Assembly: GCA_002189035.1 (NCBI GenBank)
Contig: NEEC01000013.1
Coordinates: 1,240,001-1,304,000 of the forward strand
Origin: Utricularia gibba
Taxonomy: Eukaryota; Plantae; Magnoliophyta
DNA length: 64,000 nt
Direction of reading: 5' to 3'
Position 1 is the stretch's first letter, and each line of letters begins with the position of its first letter. Shown here piece by piece: positions 12,360 to 25,300 of this stretch. A program made the translations under genes and the position numbers. The notes beneath the pieces were generated by a model. It made no database searches, was not told the origin of the DNA, and saw only the letters and a program-made list of their open reading frames with translations.

Positions 12360-13366
12360 GTCCTAGATCATGGAGCTTCCTGCCATGGTTTCGTCGTCGG
12401 AGTAGCCTAACGAGCATACGAACGAGCATACGAAGACAATGTAGTCATCGTTTTCAGCATCATACACGAACCCTGGATTGTCTGCCCTGCTCCAATGGCA
12501 CGAGGCAATGCACTGGAGTAGGTAGCCGCATCCTGAATCACGGAGTTGGTGTTATCGACAGTGAATGCCGTTGTCATCAGCTCTGATCCTACGGCGCTCG
12601 GGCACCATCCTGGATGAAGAGCCTTGAGCAGCGCAGAGACACCGCGTACATGCGGAGAGGACATGGATGGATGTTCCTGGTGAACTAACTGATAAGGCGT
12701 TAAAACTGAGATCAACATGAAGTAAAATGAACTATCACGGCGACCGGACGGCCTGTCGGATGGACCAACGGCCCCGTCCGCGCGGCCAAGATATTGAAAC
12801 CCAGCAACGGCAATCGGATGGTCGTGACAGAGCACTGGGTTATCATCAAGAGAAACGAAAAAAAAAACATTTTGGCCAAGATCGCAGCATCCATGGCAGT
12901 GACTACCCCCCGGTAACACGTGCACAGACAGCCGTGCTTGATGTATGCCTTCCATGGCCTTCGTAGTCTCGAGGGCTACGAGGTTTTGGATGGAGTCAGC
13001 ACCATCTTCCAGCTACAGTACTACAGTTACATCATCACTTCAGTTTATCAGCAAACCAGAGCACGATAACATGATCCATTTTTGGATACTCGAGCGCCGA
13101 TCAGCTTGTTGCTGCAGTTCGTGTTGCTGACAGGTTGGAGGTGGAGCAGCATGGCCACCATTGGGCTGAAGCACCGATAATCACATTCTGTTAATTAAGG
13201 CGGATCTCCATCCTGCTTTCCCCACCCCAAAAACCAAGTGAGCGTTTCATGTGCACCAATCGGAGGCTGCGCCGTAGCTTCCCGGCTTCGTGTGTACCAA
13301 GTGAGTGTTCTTGCAAGAACAAGTGACAGAAGCGTTGACAATGAAGCTGTAAAACCTCGCTGCCAT
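12360..13366 (-). pseudogene. Collapsed subtilase relic, unit 1
   Basis: Ordered remnants on the minus strand: MAARFYSFIVNA...LVHTKP (ATG 13366), [53 protein letters not shown]...TTAFTVDNTNSVIQDAAT. Large deletions lie between them. Confidence 0.85.
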
Positions 13367-14753
13367 TCCTAGAGAAAGGACAAAATACAGACTGTTTTCT
13401 TTTCAGATGGAAAGGCGGAAGGGCGTTCAGACGAGCTATTGAACCAGCATCTATTCATGCAGTTCATACAAATAAGTCTTATGTTTCACACTATTTACAA
13501 CAATACCACTGTACGGGCATACCTTCTGTAAATCTCCATATTTAATAATCAATAATAATAATAATAACCACAACACAGCCTAGTTTTTGAATTCTTTAAA
13601 TAAAAAAGTCAATAGATAATTTTACAATTTACACATGACTTGTACGGAAAAAGAAACGATGGACAACCCCAAGCTCAATTAGGTCATCCTATCGTATGTG
13701 TCAACTTAACATTATGTGCCTGATTTTTTAATTTTTGCTTTAAATTATGTAGAATAGAATTAATTTTAAAATTTTCTAAATAAATTTAATTTTAAAATTA
13801 TAAATCGTTTTATGAAATAATAAAACTTATGTTATATACTTATAATATAAGAAATTATTTTCTAATTTAATACAATAATATAAGTAAATTTTTAAAGTAT
13901 ATATAGAAAGTGGATTATATAATTCTATTATTAATATTTTCTTTAATTACTGAAATAATAGTTCAAAAACTTTAGTAATTAATAAAGTTAATTATATAAT
14001 CTGATTTTATTATAAGCAAAAAATAATAAAAAAATATACAACAAAAAATATTGTCATAGCCGGGACCGTAGGCTTGGACTCGGGGGCCACCTCCGTGACG
14101 TTATTCTATGACCAGCACCTCTAATATGCCATACAATATTTTAAAAACACGTTGAACATATGATTAAATTATTATTATAATAAATTTAATCTTATTGAAT
14201 AATTTCTTATTTTATATAAAAGATTTATAAAAATAAATATTTTTTTTAAATGAATTGAATTATTCTTCAATTTACTTACAATCGGGATATAATCCTAAGT
14301 TGATATAATGATTTTATAAGACTTATCTTCACTCTTGGATTATGTAGTCAATTGCTATGTTTATAATACTGAAGTATATGTTTTTTTTGTATAGGGTATT
14401 AAGACTTTTTTTAAATTAAGAAGTATAGGTTTAGGGTCTCTTGGATTATGGGTATTATAAAAATTCAAAAAACTTATTATTTATAAATTAAAGTTAACTC
14501 TCTATGTTTTAAGAAATAAAAATAATTTCTTGATTTTATTTTTTAAAATTAAAATCGTTTGTATTTAACAAAACTTTCGATTCGCATTCTTTGATTTAGA
14601 TGGATTTAAATGTTTTTATGTTTGATTTTTCTTTTTATTGAACATGAGTATGGTATAATATAATGTCATTTATTAGGTATACGTCCAAGTTTGGAATGCA
14701 TACAGACAAACATTCAAGGAATCTAAATCCATCTTGTCCGTGTTGTACGGAGA

Positions 14754-17072
14754 CTAGGCAATGGTGAAGGCGATAGGGCTGCGGACGGTCCGTTTGAGGC
14801 ACTTCCAGGTGATGGAACCGAAAGCAGAACTGGGAAGATTCGTGCCGCTCACCTTGAAGGTAACTGTGTACTGATGCTTCTCGCCCTTGGAGAAGAACTT
14901 CAGTGTATCCGGGATCACCTTAACAGTGACGAAGGAGGGCACCGCCACTTCGACCCGGTAGATGAACACTCCGATTTCGACATTGGTCAAGGTTCTTGTG
15001 TAGGAAACTTCCCGGGATGGGTTGAATACGACGGAGAAGGAAGGGTAGTTGAACTGTCCCGGATCTCGGAGCTTCTGGATGTTAGCGCAAGCATTGCTCT
15101 TTTGTGCAATGGCGGCGACCTGGTTGTCGGAGTACCCCAAAGAGCATATGAAGGCTAGGTAGTCGCGGGGGTGGCATCGTACACCAGACCCGGATGGGCT
15201 GCTTTCTCCGGCTGGATATGCCCTGCTCCGATGGCGTAAGGCGTTGCTAGGCCTGAATTAGTAGCTGCGTCTTGAATGGGCGAGTTGGTGTTGTCGAGGG
15301 TGTACGCCGTTGTTATCAGCGCTGATCGTATGGCGCTCGGGCTCCAGTCTGGATGAATGGCGGTGAGCAGGGCGGAGACGCCGCTTACATGGGGACAAGA
15401 CATGGATGTTCCTGATGATGAATCGCATCGTCAAAAACGTACATAAAAAGTAAGTGACATTGAGTTTTCACTGCTTACCGGAGATAATGTTGTACGCCGT
15501 GATACGGGCATCCGATGGCAAATCCGATGGACCGGCGGCCTCTGTCCATGCTGCCAAGATATTAACCCCTGGCGCGGTGATGTCAGGTTTTAAGATCTGT
15601 GGTGTCACGGTATTCGGCCCTCTTGAGCTGAACCCTGCCACCACCGGCGCCGGCTTCACATTCAGAGCAGTTCCGCCGAAGCTCAACACCGCCGTCGGAT
15701 TCGATGTTCCCGCATATATCTTTATGGCACTGCCTTCCAGCTCTCCAACGCTCACTCCTGGCTCCAAGTAAGGATAGGCTTGCACAACCCGCCCTGTACC
15801 CAAATTGTTTGCTACAATAACACCAACACCGCCGGCTCGTTTCACTTCATTCGCCTTTTGACCAGGTGAACTGTTGCCAGCATTACAGACCACCAGCTTT
15901 CCTTTGACGGTGGTAGGGTTCAATGATCCACTCAAGCAAAATGGAGAAGCTGTAGGATAGACTAATCCGACAAGCTGATTCCCCATACCCTGTCCAGTGT
16001 ACAGAGAAATTCCGGTATAAACTGCCCCATTTCCGAGCTTCACGGTCGCCGGAAAAGTTCTATCAATGGTGCTAGCACCAACGGTTGTGATCCATGGCGC
16101 ACTGTTTGTAACTGATCCAGCGGAAGGACCCGAGTTTCCGGCCGAACAAACCACCGTAATCCCCAATTGATTTGCTTGGAAAGAGGCGATCGCGATCGCG
16201 TCACTGTAATAGGGTACGGGTCTGCCGCCAAGAGACAAGGAGAAAACGTTCACGCCGTCGCTTATAGCGACGTTCATGGCGGCGATTATGTCAGCTGAGC
16301 TGCATCCTTGCTCGAAGCAAACCTTGTAAATTGAAATCCTTGCACGGGTAGCCATCCCACGAGCGGTTCCATTGGCTAGTCCAAAGAAACTAGCTTTGGG
16401 CACATATGCCCCCGCCGCCGTGCTCGATGTATGCGTCCCGTGTCCTTCATAGTCTCGAGGGCTATGACGCACTGTCGTCCGATGGTCCGCCTCGTACCCT
16501 TTATAGAAAACTCGAGCTCCAATCAGTTTCTTGTTGCAGTTCTTTTTCGGATCGAAATCATTCGCCTTTTCGCACAGGCCCCGCCACCGTAAAGGGACTG
16601 GTAGCATCCCGGCATCGCTGAAGGATTTGGATTCCGGCCAGACGCCGGAGTCGACGACCCCAATTATCACATTCTGTGACTTAAGGTGGATCTCTATGCC
16701 ACTTTCCCCACCCCAAAAACCAAGCTCCCCTTCAAGCCCAAGAAACAGAGGAGTTCTCGTAGTTTGCAGCTGGTACATGGTGTTCTCGTACACCCCTAGA
16801 ACCGCATCAGAGCGACGCAGCGCATCCAATTCCTCGGGCGTCACCACGGCAGCGTAGCCATGAAACACAGTGTCGTAGGTGTAGAGAATGGCGCCCCTCT
16901 CGGAGGAAGTCACGGAGGTGAAATGATGGGCGTACCAATCGGCATGGGAGGCGTAGCTTGCAGGCTTCATGTGGTCTTTCATGTGTACCAAGTAGGTTTT
17001 CTTGGCAGAGCAAGCGACCAGAGCATTGAGCACAATGCCTATGGCGACGAAGACGTAAACCCTAGACGCCAT
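14754..17072 (-). CDS. Subtilisin-like serine protease (S8A, SBT1-subfamily-like), copy 1; 2 exons, one frameshift in exon 2
   Basis: Signal peptide, I9 propeptide, catalytic D ([10 protein letters not shown]), H ([11 protein letters not shown]) and S (GTSMSCPHV), PA domain and Fn3-like C-terminus. 67-bp intron at 15478-15412. The G-run at 15167-15171 has 5 G where the intact copy 3 has 6. Confidence 0.92.
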
Positions 17073-17861
17073 GGATGAAGAAAGGAGATAGATGTCGTGC
17101 TTCCCCGAACTTCGACGCACAGGCCCTTTTATGCATGCAACTGACACAAATAAGGCTCGTATTTCAAGCTATTCACAAGAATGCCATCCAACATTACATG
17201 TATTTCTTAATATTTTTTCAATGATATTCATATTCAATTATCGAAGCTTGAGCCAAGCTATACTACAGTGGTCATATACTAAGCATCAAGGGAAATGTTC
17301 ATCTTTCCGGTCAGATGCATGGGATCGTTTCCGAGGCGCCACCCAATTTTATGATTATTTGATCCACTAGTTCTATTAAAATATTATTTACTCGTAGTTT
17401 TTGGATTATGAATCGAATTAAACCCATTGTAAGTATAGTATGAAAAATAAACAATTTATTTAATTATAATCATTTTAAATTTCAAATATTTTATAAAATA
17501 TATTGAATTAAACCCCAAAAATTATATATTTGAATTGAATCGGGTTAGTATTAACTATTAAAACGCCGTTATTAGGATTCAAATTTTTCATCGTCTTACA
17601 TTGCGAAGAAGATAATGTTGAGATGGGGCAAATGTGACTTACAAAATGGGGAATAATAAAAAAGAAATAGGTTTGGGGTGTTATAGATTTGAATAATGTC
17701 TGAATTATACAAACAATGAAATTTTAGAATGTAACATCGACCTACACGAGAGGGACTACAATTTTAAAGTGATATGGGGTTCACAATATTGCTTTTTTTT
17801 TATTTTGAAATGTCACATTAAATGGTCTATTTTGTAAGCAAAATATCCCTTGTGCATAGCA

Positions 17862-17933
17862 GCGTTTGTAGTCCAACGGTTAGGATAATTGCCTTCCAAG
17901 CAATAGACCCGGGTTCGACTCCCGGCAAACGCA
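17862..17933 (+). tRNA. tRNA-Gly (anticodon TCC), intact
   Basis: GCGTTTG acceptor stem pairs with CAAACGC. D-arm GTCC/GGAT, anticodon stem ATTGC-CTTCCAA-GCAAT, T-arm CCGGG-TTCGACT-CCCGG. An oligo-T terminator follows. Confidence 0.96.
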
Positions 17934-18008
17934 GATGATATTTTTTTTATGCTAATAAAAAAACAAATCCAATTTTTTGAAATTTCAAAGAAGATTATAA
18001 GTGTATTT

Positions 18009-18339
18009 AAACACGATAGAGATCAGAGTTCCAATCAGGGAATGGGCTGCTCACCCCAGTGCTTTGGAAATCTCATTTGATGGTGTTTTTGAAAAGTATA
18101 TGTAGAATATAGATCATGGAGCTTCCTGTCATGGTTTCGACGTCGGAGTAGCCTACCGAGCATATGAAGGCAATGTAGTTATCATTTGCAACATCATTCA
18201 CGGGCCCTGGACTGTCTGCTTTGCTTGAATGGCACAAGGCATTACATTGGAATAGGTAGCCGCATCCTCAATCACAGAGATGATGTTATCAACATTGAAT
18301 GCCGTCATTATCAGCTCTGATTCGATGGCGGTTGGGCTA
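18009..18339 (-). pseudogene. Eroded unit1/unit2 junction: VIP3 3'-UTR/stop remnant fused to the 3' part of the subtilase relic
   Basis: 18009-18108 matches the VIP3 3' region (aaacacg.tagagat.agagttcca...gctgctcaccccagtgct; agtatatgtagaat). 18109-18339 matches relic 12364-12600. Confidence 0.75.
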
Positions 18340-20660
18340 TGAAGATGGTCAAGTTTATTATCATCGAGTTCGTACTGGTTTAATTGAAAATATGAAAATA
18401 AAGAAACACTTCAAATTTGATTAAATGTCCAGCCTATATGCAAAATGGTTGATATGATGCCCCAAATATGTGTTAACAAATTAAAATGAAAAACAAGATT
18501 AATATTTACCAGTTAAAATCCAGAAATTGGGAAATGTTCTAGAAACAATAAAATTCATTATGAATTTTCAACATAAGTACAACATTTTAAATATTAAACA
18601 GATTAATGATTTATAATACAAAGCTATCGGTAAAGCTTCTTTGTAACATCATATCATCTTCTTTATGCTTTCAGATAGAATTTCATCAACTCTTCTCTAC
18701 ATTCACACCACACCTAGTGAAGGGTAATGGAGATGTACTTTTATAACCACACGTCCCTTACATCTTATCAATCATACTCATTAATGTAAAACTGTCTTGC
18801 TCACCCACAACTTTCAACACTTCACACAAGCATTTCCATCAGAATAATACAACCTTTGTTGACTAGCATCAGCTGTTCACATGCATAATTTCCAGCTTGC
18901 TAGATACATAAGCGATGTCTTCAACATCAGCTACTTCGAGTCAATCACTACTATTGGCCAAGACTAAGTTTAGTTAATTTTCTTTTTTTGTTATATCCAA
19001 TCGTGCACGCATTTTTGTTCAATTTCATTAGAGTCCTGAAGTATATCTATGGGTGCTTTCTTCTGTTAATGAAATACGTACCATTTTCATCAATTGTTCT
19101 GTGAATTTGACAATGGGTATCAGAGCATCATGACCTCATAGAACAATGGATCGTCGTCATCGTTTGTGCAACCACAAATTCTCAAATTCGATGGTCATTA
19201 TGATCACTAGGCCTTATTGATGGAAAAATTCTTATGCTCAAAGGGATTTTGAGAATTGATTGAGAGTGGATTGCCCATGCATGTTGAAGGTGCGATGTTA
19301 GCACTCAAATCTATTGATATGCTTTTCCCCATCATAGTAAAGGTGATCGAAATTGAATGTCACATTATGCAAGAGGATAAGGCAACTTTGGTACTATGGC
19401 ATCACTGGTATCTCCATATTGGATATGAGCGCCTAAATCTATTGATACAAAGCAGATGGTTAATGGCATGCCAAAAGTTGCATTGAGAGCATCTACATGC
19501 ATTCATTGCTTGAATTGAAAAACAACATAGGGAGGCACAAAGCAAAATTAGTACTTGGAGAGATCAAAATCTACTAAAACTTGTCCATACGGATATATGT
19601 TGATCTATTAGCCCTCCAACTACCAGTGAAAAGAGGTATTTCCTGACTTTCATTGATGATTTTAGTAGAAACACTTGGATTTATTTTTTATCAGAGAAAT
19701 CACAAGCTTTCGAATGCTTGAGCTCTCTAAAGTGAAAGTGGAGATAGAATCAGGCATGTTGATCAAAGCCATGAGAGGCGATAGAGGAGGAGAATATCCC
19801 TCAACTGATTTCATAAATTTTTGTGTGGAAAATGGGATAAAGAGATTTCTTACCAATCTTAGAGCACCTCATCTAAACGGAGTAACGCTGCTTGAAATAG
19901 TCAGAGCTATGTTTTCTCATGCGGGGATGCCTAAATTGTTTTGGGTGGAAGCAGTGCAGTGGAGCGACTATCTGTTAAATAGATCAACAGCCACATCTAT
20001 CAGAGATAAAACACTTGAGCTGAAATAGAGCAACTCAAAACCAAGTGTCGAATTATTTTAAAATTTTTGGATGTCTTGCTCATGTACATCTTTCAGAAGC
20101 TGTACAAGAGGATAAGTTTGAAAAGAGGAGCTTTCCATGTGTTTTCATTGGACTCAGTGAGGAATCAAAAGGCTAGAGGCTCTACAATCCTATTTCTGAA
20201 CGCATAGTTATTAGTTTCGAGGAGGACAGCGTTTGGGATTGGAACCATATATCGCATTACCAGCTCCCATACTTGTAGTAGAGGATCCATTCCTCAACCT
20301 GCAGAACCAGAAGGTTCACAACTTGAGGAACCAGCAGTCCTCACTGATGCAAGTACTGAAAAATGAGGGAGTATCCAGCACTAACACATCACTGAGAAGA
20401 TCCCAAAGGCACAGACAACCAGCATCATGGTTGCAAGACTTCATCACATATATTACACATGAAGAAGAATTTGCAAACTTGGTTGCTTTGTTTACAAAAA
20501 TAAACCAGGATCCAGTGACCTTTGAACCTTGCAATTGAGAGTATCCCTTGGCCACAATTTGAGCTTTATGTTTGTTTAGAGAGCCATCTTCCTTGTGCTT
20601 TGTCTTAAAAATCCACTTGGGGCCTATTATTTTTGCTCCAGCAGGTGGTTCTACTTTCAC
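18340..20660 (+). mobile_element. Old, deleted Ty1/copia element (unit 2 copy) inserted in the subtilase relic
   Basis: LTR-like start TGAAGATGG at 18340, tRNA-iMet-type PBS GGTATCAGAGC at 19116-19126. Gag start, then pre-integrase and integrase remnants (FIDDFSR..W, DRGGEY, FWVEAV). An inverted RT fragment KWIFKTK...AKGYSQ lies at about 20525-20660. Confidence 0.8.
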
Positions 20661-20901
20661 CCATGTGTTGTTTTTTTTTTAATAGACTACATTTCTTTAT
20701 CTATTGCTTATCTCCAATGCGGAATTGTGCCATGAGTATTTTCTAAATCATTTAAATAAAAAGTCAATATGATAATATAAATATATTTTTAATATATATT
20801 AAGTAATATAATTTTTAAATTAATCTGCTCTTTAATCACTAATACATTAATTCAAAAAATTTAATAATTTATCAAGTTAGTTACATAATCTGAATGTATT
20901 T

Positions 20902-20902
<1 letters not shown>

Positions 20903-20938
<36 letters not shown>
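20903..20938. repeat. (ATA)12 microsatellite, expanded only in unit 2
   Basis: Direct reading. The paralogous sites in units 1 and 3 lack the long run. Confidence 0.9.
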
Positions 20939-21698
20939 GTAGTAAAATATGTAATAAAAAATATTGTTGGGACCGTACACTAGGACTTGGAGGCCACCTC
21001 GGTGATGTTAGTCTAACACTACTAGCTGTAATGTGCCATAAAATATTTTAAAAACACAATCAACACATTTATCCATTTAGTTAAAACATTTATAAAAAGA
21101 AATATTATTATTTAAATACATTGAATTTATTCTTCAATTTCAATATAAATTTAAATTAATCCGGATATACTCCTAAATTGATCTCATGATTTTAAAACAC
21201 TAATAGACTCTTTTAGAAAATTGGTCGTCTCTCCCCTCTCCCCATAGTAGTAATAATTTTTATCACATGGGTGGCTATGAGTAATCTTTTCCATAGGGAA
21301 TATATACAAAATACCTGCTATGTTTATAATACTGAAATATAGGTATTTTGTATAGGGAATTAAGAAGTAGAGGTTTAGGGTCTCTTTGATTATATTTATT
21401 AATTTTTTTTAAAAAATAAAAGTTAGTCCTTTATATTTTATAAAAATAAAAAGCATTTTTCAAATTTCTATTATTTTTAAAATAAATTTCGTTCGTATTT
21501 AATAAAACTTTGAATTCACAGTCTTCGATTTATTTGGATTTAAATGTAAAGTTTCATTTTTTACTGAACATGAGTGTGATGTCATATCACTTATTGGATA
21601 TGAGCCCAAGTTGGAATGCATACACACAGAGATTCAAGGAATCTCCAGGTAGCATTCGCTAAACCCTAAGGCTTCATTGTGTTCGTGTTGTGCGGAGA

Positions 21699-24016
21699 TT
21701 AGGCGATGGTGAAGGCGACGGGGCTGCGGACGGTCTGTGTGACGGACTTCCAGGTGATGGAACCGAAAGCGGAACTGGGAAGATTCGTGCCGCTCACCTT
21801 GAAGGTAACTGTGTACTGGCGCTTCTCACCCTTGGAGAAGAATTTCAGTGTATCCGGGATCACCTTAACAGTGACGAAGGAGGGCGCCGCCACTTCGACC
21901 CGGTAGGTGAACTCTCCGATTTCGACATTGGTCAAGGTTCTTGTGTAGGAAACTTCCCTGGATGGGTTGAATATGACGGAGAAGGAAGGGTAGTTGAACT
22001 GTCCCGGATCTCGGAGCTTCTGGATGTTAGCGCAAGCATTGCTCTTCTGTGCAATGGCGGCGACCTGGTTGTCGGAGTACCCCAAAGAGCATATGAGGGC
22101 TAGGTAGTCGCGGGGGTGGCATCGTACACGAGACCCGGATGGGCTGCTTTCTCCGGCTGGATATGCCCTGCTCCGATGGCATAAGGCGTTGCTACGCCTG
22201 AATTGGTAGCTGCGTCTTGAATGGCCGAGTTAGTGTTGTCGACGGTGTACGCCGTTGTCACCAACGCCGATCGTATGGCGCTCGGCTCCATTCTGGATGA
22301 ATGGCGGTGAGCAGGGCAGAGACGCCGCTCACGTGGGGACAAGACATGGATGTTCCTGATGATGAATCGCATCGTCAAAAACATACATAAAAAGTAAGTG
22401 ACATTGAGTTTTCACTGCTTACCGGAGATAATGTTGTACGCCGTGATACGGCGATCCGATGCCAAATCCGATGGACCGACGGTCTCTGTCCATGCTGCCA
22501 AGATATTAACCCCTGGTGCGGTGATGTCAGGCTTTAAGATCTGTGGTGTCACGCGATTCGGCCCTCTTGAGCTGAACCCTGCCACCGCAGGCGCCGGCTT
22601 CACATTCGTAGCAGTTCCGCCGAAGCCCAACACCGCCGTTGGATTCGATGTTCCCGCATATTGCCTTATTGCACTACCTTCCAGCTCTCCAACGCTCAGT
22701 CCCGGCTCCATGTAAGGATAGGCTTGAACAACCCGCCCTGTACCCGGATTGTTTGCTACAATAACACCAACACCGCCGGCTCGTTTCACTTCATTCGCCT
22801 TTTGACCAGGTGAACTGTTGCCAGCATTACAGACCACCAGCTTTCCCTTGACGGTGGTAGGGTTCAATGATCCACTCAAGCAAAATGGAGAAGCTGTAGG
22901 GTAGACTAATCCGACAAGCTGATTCCCCATCTTCTGTCCAGTGTACAGAGAAATTCCGGTATAAACTGCCCCATTTCCGAGCTTCACGGTCGCTGGAAAC
23001 GTTCTATCAATGGTGCTAGCAGCCACGGTTGTGATCCATGGCGCGCTATTTGAAACTGATCCGGCGGAAGGACCCGAGTTTCCGGCCGAACAAACCACCG
23101 TCATCCCCAGTTGATTTGCTTGGAAAGCAGCGATCGCGATCGGGTCACTGTAATAGGGTTGGGGGCTGCCGCCAAGAGACAAGGAGAAAACGTTGACGCC
23201 GTCGCTTATAGCGACGTTCATGGCGGCGATTATGTCAGCTGAGTTGCATCCTTGCTCGAAGCAAACCTTGTACATTGCAATCCTTGCACGGGTTGCCATC
23301 CCACGTGCGGTTCCATTGGCTAGTCCAAAGAAACTAGCTTTGGGCACATATGCTCCCGCCGCCGTGCTCGATGTATGCGTCCCGTGTCCTTCGTAGTCTC
23401 GAGGGCTATGTCGCACTGTAGTCCCGGTATCCGCCTCGTACCCTTGATAGAAAACTCGAGCTCCAATCAGCTTCTTGTTGCAGTTCGTATTCGGATCGAA
23501 ATCATTCGCCCTTTCGCACTGGCCCCGCCACCGTAGTGGGACTGGTAGCATCCCGGCATCGCTAAAGGATTTGGATTCCGGCCAGACGCCGGTGTCGACG
23601 ATCCCGATTATCACATTCTGTGACTTACGTTGGATCTCGTTCTCACTTTCTGCACCCCAAAAACCAAGCTCCCCTTCATGCTCATCAAACTGAAGAGTTC
23701 TCCTGGTGTGCAGCTGGTACATGGTGTTCTCGTACACCCCTAGAACCGCATCTGAGCGACGCAGTGCATCCAATTCCTCGGGCGTCACCACGGCAGCGTA
23801 GCCATGAAACACAGTGTCGTAAGTGTAGAGAATGGCGCCCCTCTCGGAGGAAGTCACGGTGGTGAAATGATGGACGTACCAATCAGCAGCAGAGGCGTAG
23901 CTTGCAGGCTTCATATAGTCTTTCATGTGTACCAAGTAGGTTTTCCTGGCAGAGCAAGCGACCAGAGCATTGAGCACAATGCTCATGGCGATGAAGACAT
24001 AAACCCTAGACGCCAT
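21699..24016 (-). CDS. Subtilisin-like serine protease, copy 2; 2 exons, two frameshifts in exon 2
   Basis: Catalytic D, H and S motifs are intact ([19 protein letters not shown]). Intron at 22422-22356. One-base losses at GG 22284-22285 (GGG in the paralogs) and at G5 22112-22116. Confidence 0.9.
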
Positions 24017-24989
24017 GGATGAAGAAAGAAGATAGATTTCGTGCTTCCCAGAGCTTCGACGCACAGGCCCTTTTATGCATTCAACTGACACAAATAAGGC
24101 TCGTATTTCAAGCTATTCACAAGAATGCCATCCAATATTATATGTATTTCTTAATATTTTTTTAAATGATATTCATATTTAATTACTGGAGCTTGAGCCA
24201 AGTTATACTAGAGTGGTCATAGACTAAGCATCAAGGGTTATGTTCATCAATCTGTCCATCTTTCCGTCACATGCATGGGATTTTATGATTATTTGATCAG
24301 CTTTTTTTACTCGTAGTTTTTGGATTATGAATCAAATTAAATCCATTGTAAGTATAGTATGCAAAATAAAATATAATTATTTAATTTTAATCATTTTAAA
24401 TTTCAAATATTTTATAAAATCTATTGAATTAAACTCTAAACATCATATATTTGAATTGAAATTGAGTTAGTTTTAAAACACCGTTATTAGGATTCAAAAT
24501 TTTCATCTTCTTAGAATCGCGTAGAAGATAATGTTGAGATGCGCAACTGTGACTTACAAGATGGGCAATAATAATTAAAAAAAAGAAATAGGTGTGGGAT
24601 GTATTTGATTAACATTTGAATTATACGAGCAATATAATTTTCGAATTTAACATCAACCTACACGAGAGGGTCCCCAATTTTAAAGTGATACAGGTTTCAC
24701 AATTATACTTTTTTCATTTTAAAAATGGTGTAAAATAAATTTTTTTATCCATAGGAGCAGATATCTATATAATTAATAGCTCTTGTACTAAATTTTAAAG
24801 AAGATTTTAAGTGTAAATGAGTCATAATATTTATCTTTTTTTAAAAAATATTTTAAATACATTATAATTAATTAATAGTTGCATTCTGTTTATGCAACTA
24901 ATATTTTATTAATAAAGTTTTCATAATTTCTCAGCCAATATTCTCCTTTTTGAGGCAGAACAATATCCACGATCAATAATCTCAACCAC

Positions 24990-25300
24990 AACCTGGAAGT
25001 TGCATGCTTTAACAAGCTCAAAGGCATGTTCAGACACCTTAGTGGCTTCTATACCCTTCTTGCCCCTGGAAGTGCAGAACATATTGCTACAATCCCACTT
25101 CCAATTCCAACATCCAGGACACTCTGTACCGTGAATGAACCAATCTGCCCAGAAAGTAGGAGAACAATGCATTCTGATCACCAGCAAACTGTGCTTCAAT
25201 AGCACATTCCATTCTTTGCTTACACAGACGTCGCTCGTTTCCATTCATTATCACCAATCGATTTACCATAACAACAATGAGTACGCAAAAATACACACAG
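24990..25300 (-). mobile_element. Highly degenerate copia gag-like remnant (a paralogous copy lies at about 43715-44160)
   Basis: The unit 3 copy translates to VQAKNVLLKHNLYKAV and IEAIKLSEHTSEL. These resemble, from recall, Tork-type gag motifs (VQVKDVLIQSGLHKAL; EGTKISDHLS). No LTRs were identified. Confidence 0.35.

Noticed and set aside
14062-14120. GC-rich motif with TGACGT repeated at about 20968 and 39484
   Set aside because: Its recurrence is explained by the triplication, and the TGACG core is lost in unit 2. There is no independent evidence of function.
17073-17147. N-terminal extensions of the SBT ORFs (also 24017-24091 and 42598-42645)
   Set aside because: The extension covers a TATA-like CATAAAAG about 60 bp upstream of the downstream ATG and differs between copies. 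The signal peptide begins at MASRVYVF.
17862-17933. tRNA-Gly as the primer or target for the neighbouring LTR elements
   Set aside because: The PBS sequences match Met-type and Trp-type tRNAs, and none of the insertions abuts the tRNA.
17934-18000. Possible tRNA-Gly-snoRNA dicistronic gene
   Set aside because: An oligo-T terminator follows within about 7 nt, and no C/D box pair was seen.
18640-18900. Possible MULE/FAR1-like fragment inserted in the old LTR
   Set aside because: Only a vague resemblance in stop-riddled frames; it cannot be supported without a search.
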